Origin: an uncultured Nitrospinota bacterium | GTDB taxonomy: Bacteria; Tectomicrobia; Entotheonellia; J063; CAVPRW01 | Direction of reading: 5' to 3' | Assembly: GCA_963707985.1 (NCBI GenBank) | Contig: CAVPRW010000023.1 | Coordinates: 160,001-224,000, forward strand | Length of the DNA: 64,000 nt | Part shown: in pieces, positions 57,953-64,000 of the stretch | How the letters are laid out: each line of letters starts with the position of its first letter | Position numbering within the stretch: position 1 is the first letter of the stretch | Position numbers and translations under genes: made by a program | Notes under the pieces: generated by a model | Databases searched by the model: none | What the model was told of the DNA's origin: nothing | The model's input: only the letters and a program-made list of their open reading frames with translations

Positions 57953-58881
57953 ATGGCATCCTTGCAACAAACGCTGCAAGCGGTCTCATTCCTGCCGCTC
58001 CGCCTTGTCCTCAAAGCGACTACGCCGCTTGATCTGCCACCTTTTAAAGGGTCTACCTTCCGCGGCGCCTTCGGCCATGCCTTCAAGGAAACCGTGTGCG
58101 TCGTCGAGCATCGCGACTGTGCCCGTTGCCTCCTGCGGACGCGCTGGGCCTATCCCTACATTTTCGACACGCCCGTGCCGGAAGGGGCCACACGCATGCG
58201 GAAATACCCGAAGGCCCTCCATCCCTTCGTGCTCCTGCCACCGTTGGAGACGAAGACACGCTATGAACCCAGTCGACTCCCTGGTATTCGACCTGACGCT
58301 GATCGGGCGTGGCAGCGATTTCCTCCCCTACTTCCTGTATACCTTCGAACAGTTAGGGGCTCGGCGTGGAATCGGCCGGGGACGAGGTCGGTTTGCTGTC
58401 GAGAGTGCCCTGTGGCTCGGCCCGGAGGGCCGTGAGGTGCCCATCTACCGGGGCGATGACAAAGTCCTGCACAGCGGCTTTCACCCCGTCACGGTGCGGG
58501 ATCTTGCGATCCCCGAGGATGCAGTTGACCACGCCATCTTGACCTGTCTGACCCCGGCACGCATCGTCTTCCTCAGCCCTGGATTTTCATGTCGTGATCC
58601 GCACGCTGCTGCGGCGGGTTTCCAATCTTAGCTATTTTCATGCCGGCACCGAGGAGAGCCTGGATTTTCGCGCCCTGATTGCCGAGGCACAGCGTATCGC
58701 GACCATCAGCAGTGACATGCATTGGGTAGACTGGGAGCGCTATTCCGCCCGACAGGATACGTGTATGCTGATGGGAGGTGTCCTCGGGCAGGTTACATAT
58801 GGTGGCAACCTCCGGGGGTTTCTTCCATTCCTGCGCCTCTGCGACTACATCCATTGTCCCGCGGCCCTGCAAGCGAAGTGA
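57953..58881 (+). pseudogene. cas6: Orphan Cas6 (RAMP endoribonuclease) pseudogene
   Basis: FKGSTFRGAFG..VC..CARC..HPFVL, DWERYSARQ..MGGVLG..FLPFLRL; two frameshifts; terminal Gly-rich loop missing. Confidence 0.8.
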
Positions 58882-59439
58882 AACCCGCTTGGCCGCGAGG
58901 ACCTTAGCGTATCTCGGATGAGCGTCCAGAAAAGCGCTCATATGTTACTCCTCTGCTATCATTATCCAGCATCTAGATATTCTTACATCACTCATGTTAA
59001 ACAGCAGTAATCTGTAGTTGATCGATTAATCGTCTTTTTTTGATCTATTATTGCATATTTTGGTATTTTGCGCTTTCGTATAGAGAAGTGTTTTCGAAAA
59101 CTTATGAAATCAATTCCTTGCCCACTAAGACGCGATTGTAACGACCTGATTGTGATGCCTTACAGCGAACAGGGACATCCCAAAAATGTGAACGCCCAAG
59201 ATTTTAACCTATGGTATAACATTTGAGCTCGCATTTATCCAATCATTACCCAGTTTCAAACTTTCCTTATAACTGCCTGATTTTACAAACTCTTGTTCAG
59301 CCTAACCGCAACGCCACGGCAGAGGAATAAGTCAACGGCACCGGCCAAGCAAAATTCCGGCGGCCGTCAAACTTTAAAAGCACTGTACTTTGAAACCTTT
59401 GCTCACATGTGGGAAACTGTCGCAAAAAATGACGGAACC

Positions 59440-59486
59440 ATGAATCGGAGTGTTATACAGAAAACGGTAGAATAGCTTGTTCGGGC
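59440..59486 (+). other. Putative attI site
   Basis: AT-rich non-palindromic leader ending TAGAATAGCTT-GTTCGGGC, directly followed by a cassette whose R'' is GCCGAAC. Confidence 0.5.
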
Positions 59487-59502
59487 GGACACGCTTCGCG
59501 CC

Positions 59503-59586
59503 GCCGAACCAGGCTGCTGCACCTGCCGCGGCGGCCGTCAAGCCTTCGGCTCGCCGTCCCCCGCGCAGGTGAGCGCCGCGTTGGGC
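59503..59586 (+). other. attC site of an ORF-less mini-cassette
   Basis: GCCGAAC..GCTGCACCTGCCGCGG...CCGCGCAGGTGAGC..GTTGGGC. Confidence 0.75.
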
Positions 59587-59648
59587 ACCTTGGACGAAGT
59601 CGTGGTGAGCAAGGCAAGGCGAATCGATTACGGGTCGGAGGACATCAA

Positions 59649-60884
59649 ATGAGCGGCGATAACGAAAAAGAACTTCCAGCCGTCCCGCACCAGGACAATG
59701 TTGAGGCTAACATCATTGAGCAGGTCCTTGAGGCGACGTTCGAAGATGCTCAACCACTAGTTGCACGTCATCTCGACGCGCTTACACCAGAGCAAGGAGG
59801 GTCTGAGCTCGAACTATTCTTGCGGTCAATTTGGGAACATCTGGAAGGCATAAGGGTAGTCAAGGAAGAGGGTAAGTTTGATCTCGCGGGCAAGCTTGAA
59901 GAGTCTGCTGCAGCCGGCTTTCAACAGTTGGGCATTTACGAGTTGGAGTCAATGTCTCGTTCTATGTCGGCATACGCCAACGCCGTCATCGAAGTCCAGC
60001 GCCTCAACATCAATCGGAGTCTGGAACTCTTTGCCGCAACTGAGGATTATCTCAGAAAGGCGGGGCGGTTCGGTCGCAAGTTCCAGCCGACCATTGACCA
60101 TATGAAACCAGAGGCGCTATTCATTGGCGTTATACCAGCTCTCTTGGCTGGAGACATTGACTCGGCGAGAGCGCTAACCAGCCAGGCGTTCGCCGCGTCA
60201 GAAAAGGTTGTCAAAACGTACTACGAAACGAATGATCCGCTGCACTTCACGTTTCTTGGCCTAGCGTACTTTTATCGGGCCATCTACTCATATTTTCAGG
60301 CTCAAGCAGATCTAACGAAACTAGAACTGGACAAGCTCGAATCAGAAGATCTCGCGGCAAGTGCCAGAGAGGCTGAGCGATTGCTGGCTCAGGCCGATCT
60401 GACGAACATACAGATCCAAGTGGCCCATCATCTCGCGAAAGCGCTCGTGGACCTCCTGGAAGTCACAAAGGGAATCGCCGCCCACATACATCTCTGCTTC
60501 AAGGCCACCTTCAAGCCAGACGCTCGGGGATTCGCCGATCTGCGAATGATGACGCGTCGCGCCATTGAAAATGCATCGAGGGCCGGGCCACAAGCCGTGC
60601 CGGTTGTCAGATCATGTGATGATCTTCTATCACGAATTAGCAACGTCGAAAGACTGGCTCGGCCCAGAAAGACGGATTTTGGGATCTACTCCGGACTCAT
60701 TTCGGCTGGGCTATTTCTGCCGCTATTGGTGATTGCCTCATGGGCACGCAGTGCTTTCGGGTTTGAGCTTGACGGCAAAACTTTCTTTTTAGCGATCGTC
60801 GGGATTGCGCTAGTTGGCGGCTTCGGGTTTGGTGCCCTACGGTTCAAGAATTTTCTTTTCTCGCCCGCCCCGAGCGATGGATGA
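59649..60884 (+). CDS. Hypothetical all-helical (TPR-like) protein with two C-terminal TM helices, cassette-borne
   Basis: GGAGG RBS; 411 aa; TM segments GLISAGLFLPLLVIASWA and FFLAIVGIALVGGFGFGAL; cassette ends GTTGGGCAC / GTGCCCAAC. Confidence 0.8.
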   Translation: MSGDNEKELPAVPHQDNVEANIIEQVLEATFEDAQPLVARHLDALTPEQGGSELELFLRSIWEHLEGIRVVKEEGKFDLAGKLEESAAAGFQQLGIYELESMSRSMSAYANAVIEVQRLNINRSLELFAATEDYLRKAGRFGRKFQPTIDHMKPEALFIGVIPALLAGDIDSARALTSQAFAASEKVVKTYYETNDPLHFTFLGLAYFYRAIYSYFQAQADLTKLELDKLESEDLAASAREAERLLAQADLTNIQIQVAHHLAKALVDLLEVTKGIAAHIHLCFKATFKPDARGFADLRMMTRRAIENASRAGPQAVPVVRSCDDLLSRISNVERLARPRKTDFGIYSGLISAGLFLPLLVIASWARSAFGFELDGKTFFLAIVGIALVGGFGFGALRFKNFLFSPAPSDG

Positions 60885-60886
60885 GT

Positions 60887-60968
60887 GCCCAACCAAGGCC
60901 TGCAGGCGACGGCTGCCAGCGGCCGCTGCGCTCCCGCTTCCCGCCACGCCTGATGCCTGGCGTTCGAT
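60887..60968 (+). other. attC site
   Basis: GCCCAAC-CAAGGCCTGCAGGCG...CGCCTGATGCCTGGC-GTTCGAT. Confidence 0.85.
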
Positions 60969-60997
60969 GGCTCGTCAGGACGAGAGAAAGCCGTCGG

Positions 60998-61026
60998 TTG
61001 GCAGGATTCTTCTGGTATGATACGAT
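60998..61026 (+). promoter_or_regulatory. Cassette-internal sigma70-like promoter
   Basis: TTGGCA-N17-TACGAT with TGn extension, about 100 bp upstream of tcmP. Confidence 0.5.
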
Positions 61027-61125
61027 TGTACATCCTGAAGTGCTTGACCCGGTCGGGGCATCGGGTCTCGGCTCAGGTTGATGGTCCGCCACGGGATCGG
61101 ACAAAATCACCTCGGGAACTTACTC

Positions 61126-62247
61126 ATGGTGAACGAATACTTCTTCGAAGAAGCAAGAGAACAGTCTCAGGTGAAAACGGCTATTGTCCAGAAGTACTTT
61201 GATGCCTGATCTAAGATCATTATTGGCACGGCCAAGAAATTCGGTTCAAGTATCGCCTACATTGACCTATTTGCCGGGCCTGGTCGATACAAGGATGGGA
61301 CAACATCAACTCCGCTCTTGGTGCTTCAGAAGGCAATAGAGAATCCAGACCTGAGAACTCGATTCCTCGCGATTTTCAGTGATAAGGATGAAGATAATTC
61401 TCGCTCACTTGAGAGTGCCATAGCTGAACTCCCAGGCATTGATCAACTCACGCACACGCCGCAGGTCAGGAACGCTGAGGTCGGCATCGAAATTGTTCAG
61501 AAGTTTGAAGAAATGAAGTTGTCCCCCACCCTTATGTTCATCGACCCATGGGGATACAAGGGCTTGTCGCTGCGCCTAGTAAATTCAGTGCTGAAGGATT
61601 GGGGTTGTGAGTGCATATTCTTCTTCAATTACAACCGGATTAGTATGGGCCTCCCCAACCAATATGTCCAAGATCATATGGAAGCGCTGTTTGGGGCGGA
61701 CAGAGTTGCTGACCTCCGTAATAGGCTGCAAGGGCTATCCCCGATGGAGAGAGAGGCCGAGATATTGGAATCTCTCGCAAAGGCACTGGTTCAGATGGGC
61801 GGAAAGTATGTCCTGCCATTCCGTTTCAAAAATGCGACCGGTAGCCGTACAAGCCATTACCTCATCTTCGTCAGCAAGCACCCGCTTGGATACAACATCA
61901 TGAAAGAGATAATGGCCAAGGAGAGTACTTCTCAGGATCAGGGAGTGGCTTCGTTCGAATACTTACCAGCAACTCTCCGGCAACCATTTTTGTTCGAACT
62001 CACGCGACCACTCGACGATCTGCAGGATTCCCTACTTGCAGGCTTCGCCGGTCAACGTCTCAGCATGCAAGAAGTCTTTGAGCGACACAACGTAGGCACG
62101 CCATACAGCAAGAGCAATTACAAGGACGCTCTGATTGCCCTCGAAGCAGCGGCAAAGATCACCGCCGACCCTCCGTGTCCGCCTCGAAGAAGAAACACCT
62201 TCGCGGACAAGACGACTGCGATCTTCCCTTCGCGAAAGGAGAGATAG
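61126..62247 (+). pseudogene. tcmP: Three-Cys-motif partner protein TcmP (methyltransferase-like + wHTH), in-frame TGA at 61207
   Basis: FFEEAREQSQVKTAIVQKYFDA*(W), YIDLFAGPGRY, FIDPWGYKGLS, CIFFFNYNRI, HYLIFVSKH. Confidence 0.85.
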
Positions 62248-62249
62248 CC

Positions 62250-63086
62250 ATGTCTAAGTCCACCATTGAATGGACCGAGGCCACATGGAATCCACTCACC
62301 GGTTGCACCAAGATAAGTCCAGGATGTAAGAACTGCTATGCCGAAAGGCTGGCGATGCGCCTACAGGCGATGGGACAACCGAATTACCGCCATGGCTTTG
62401 ATCTGACCTTGCACAAGCAGGCCTTAGAGTTACCCATGCAATGGTCTCGCTCGCAGATGGTGTTTGTCAACTCGATGAGCGATCTGTTCCACCGCGAGGT
62501 CCCTGAGGAGTTCATCCGTCGAGTCTTCGATACGATGGTGCGGGCTTCATGGCACGATTTCCAAGTCCTGACAAAGCGAGCCGATCGACTGGCCGAAATC
62601 GGGCCCGGACTTCCCTGGCCGCGAAATGTTTGGATGGGAGTCAGCGTAGAACACGTAGATTACTACGCACGCATCGATCAGCTGAGAACGACTCCCGCGA
62701 AGATCAAGTTTCTATCCTTGGAACCCCTTCTCGGCCCGATGCCGAATCTCAATTTGGCTGGAATAGACTGGGTCATCGTGGGTGGCGAGTCTGGTCCCGC
62801 TGCCCGTCCGATGTCCCCAAAATGGGTTAAGGATATCCGCGATCAATGTGTCGCTTGGAATATTCCTTTTTTCTTTAAACAATGGGGTGGCATAAATAAG
62901 AAACGAGCAGGACGAGATTTGGATGGCGTCACATACGACGGCCTACCGACATCATACTTGTCAAGAAGAGATGAAGATTCAATCAAGCGGTCTGCCGTAA
63001 CCCTTCCCAAGAAGAGCGTGACCAAGCCAAGAACAGAGCGCAAGAATAATACTCACCCTCTTCTTCCTTTTGGGCCTCACAGATGA
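62250..63086 (+). CDS. DUF5131 / phage Gp37-Gp68 family radical-SAM-like protein
   Basis: [61 protein letters not shown]. Confidence 0.92.
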   Translation: MSKSTIEWTEATWNPLTGCTKISPGCKNCYAERLAMRLQAMGQPNYRHGFDLTLHKQALELPMQWSRSQMVFVNSMSDLFHREVPEEFIRRVFDTMVRASWHDFQVLTKRADRLAEIGPGLPWPRNVWMGVSVEHVDYYARIDQLRTTPAKIKFLSLEPLLGPMPNLNLAGIDWVIVGGESGPAARPMSPKWVKDIRDQCVAWNIPFFFKQWGGINKKRAGRDLDGVTYDGLPTSYLSRRDEDSIKRSAVTLPKKSVTKPRTERKNNTHPLLPFGPHR

Positions 63087-63126
63087 CCCAGGAAAGAACA
63101 TCCATTAATGAGCAGCAGAGAGCAGA

Positions 63127-63160
63127 GAGCCATCGAACAACGCGTTGAACCTGACGGGGG
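63127..63160 (+). other. Left half of an attC (right half apparently deleted)
   Basis: GAGCCATCGAAC is the exact complement of the cassette start GTTCGATGGCTC (60962); followed by AACGCGTTGAACCTGAC. Confidence 0.7.
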
Positions 63161-63215
63161 CAGTCTGGCGCGGATCACGTATCAGGGCTCTTCTGTGATT
63201 GCAGGAGGTCAGAAC

Positions 63216-64000
63216 ATGGGGCGAACCAAGCTTTTCGTTAGCTACAGTCATCGCGACCGACCATGGCTCGAACGGCTGAAGGTCCATCTCGCTATCTTGG
63301 AACGGCGAGGTATCGTCCACGTCTGGTCAGACACGGGAATCGCGGTTGGGGCAAAATGGCGGGAGGAAATCGAGGCTGCGCTGACCGAATCTCGTGCCGC
63401 TGTGCTCGTGCTTAGCCCGGACTTTCTGGCTTCGGACTTCATCTGGCACGAGGAGATTCCCCGGATTCTGGAGCACGAGAAGCAAGGGATGACACTCCTG
63501 CCGCTGATTGTCAGGCCATGCGCTTGGCGCATCGCCCCCGAACTGGCCCTGCTGCAGGCGCGTCCGATGGATGGACGGCCACTATCGCTCGGCACTGAGG
63601 CTGAGGTCGATCGAGATCTCGCTGGGTTCGTATACGAGATCGGGAGTCGGCTCGAACAACTTCCGGCGGCGGTGGCGCGGGAAGAGATTGATCTTGCTCG
63701 CGCTCAGGCCAGGATTGTACGAGATACTCCACCTGTTATCCAGGCGGCCCAGGTACCACTCACCGTCGGAGCCGAGGAAGCCGCACAGCCGATCGAGGAA
63801 GGGGAGGCCTGGGTTGGCGTGTACCACCCGAAGCGCCGTCTACGGCTACTAATCGTGGAGAGGACAGGGCAGCAGTTTCGCGGTCAACTGCAATACCTGG
63901 ACGACCGCAGTGTGACGGATACCGAAGGCGCGTTCATCAGTGTTCCAGAAGCCTTCGTGCATGAGGCACTCCGCGAGATCAAGGCTCGCGTCGGGCCAGT
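63216..64000 (+). CDS. TIR-domain protein (runs off the window)
   Basis: AGGAGG RBS; MGRTKLFVSYSHRDRPWLERLKVHL..WSDTGI.VGAKWREEI..LSPDFLASDFIWHEEIP; frame open to the end. Confidence 0.88.
   Translation, partial: MGRTKLFVSYSHRDRPWLERLKVHLAILERRGIVHVWSDTGIAVGAKWREEIEAALTESRAAVLVLSPDFLASDFIWHEEIPRILEHEKQGMTLLPLIVRPCAWRIAPELALLQARPMDGRPLSLGTEAEVDRDLAGFVYEIGSRLEQLPAAVAREEIDLARAQARIVRDTPPVIQAAQVPLTVGAEEAAQPIEEGEAWVGVYHPKRRLRLLIVERTGQQFRGQLQYLDDRSVTDTEGAFISVPEAFVHEALREIKARVGP

Noticed and set aside
58900..59480. Possible CRISPR leader/array downstream of cas6
   Set aside because: AT-rich, but I see no regularly spaced direct repeats; it is better explained as an intI-attI spacer.
61207..61209. 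TGA in tcmP as selenocysteine or programmed readthrough
   Set aside because: The position fits a Trp codon (TGG to TGA); no Cys context or evident SECIS.

Overview
Bacterial window (about 60% GC, with AT-richer islands) made of one intact-looking metabolic island between heavily decayed mobile regions. (1) 1-11.5 kb: a disrupted aGPT-Pplase1-like gene and nested IS remnants, then an integrase-less integron cassette array (two toxin-antitoxin cassettes plus a TA-like pair, a DUF4157 protein, a VOC protein). Almost every attC site in the array is occupied by a different parasite: two kinds of group II intron, an integrase/IS91 element, IS110 and an IS1111-like MITE. (2) 11.6-32.2 kb: a co-directional minus-strand block pncB-usp-group 3b [NiFe]-hydrogenase (with embedded cNMP-binding gene)-hypA/F/C/D/E-Pat acetyltransferase-P-type ATPase-nrfHA-dedA, which reads as a hypoxia/DNRA island. 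(3) 32.5-51 kb: a mosaic of gene fragments, a tyrosine recombinase with a perfect palindromic site, MITEs, ppk2, nuclease cassettes, IS6, and two copies of a ~245-bp non-coding module (recombinase-like site + promoter + attI-like site). (4) 51-58.9 kb: MFS transporter, penicillin acylase, ExeA-like ATPase and an orphan cas6 pseudogene. (5) 58.9-64 kb: a second integron-like locus (possible intI stub, attI-like site, empty cassette, 2TM-protein cassette, TcmP+DUF5131 cassette, TIR cassette). I found no rRNA, tRNA or CRISPR array. Many single-base frameshifts could be real decay or sequencing indels. All calls come from motif recognition by eye; no searches were run.
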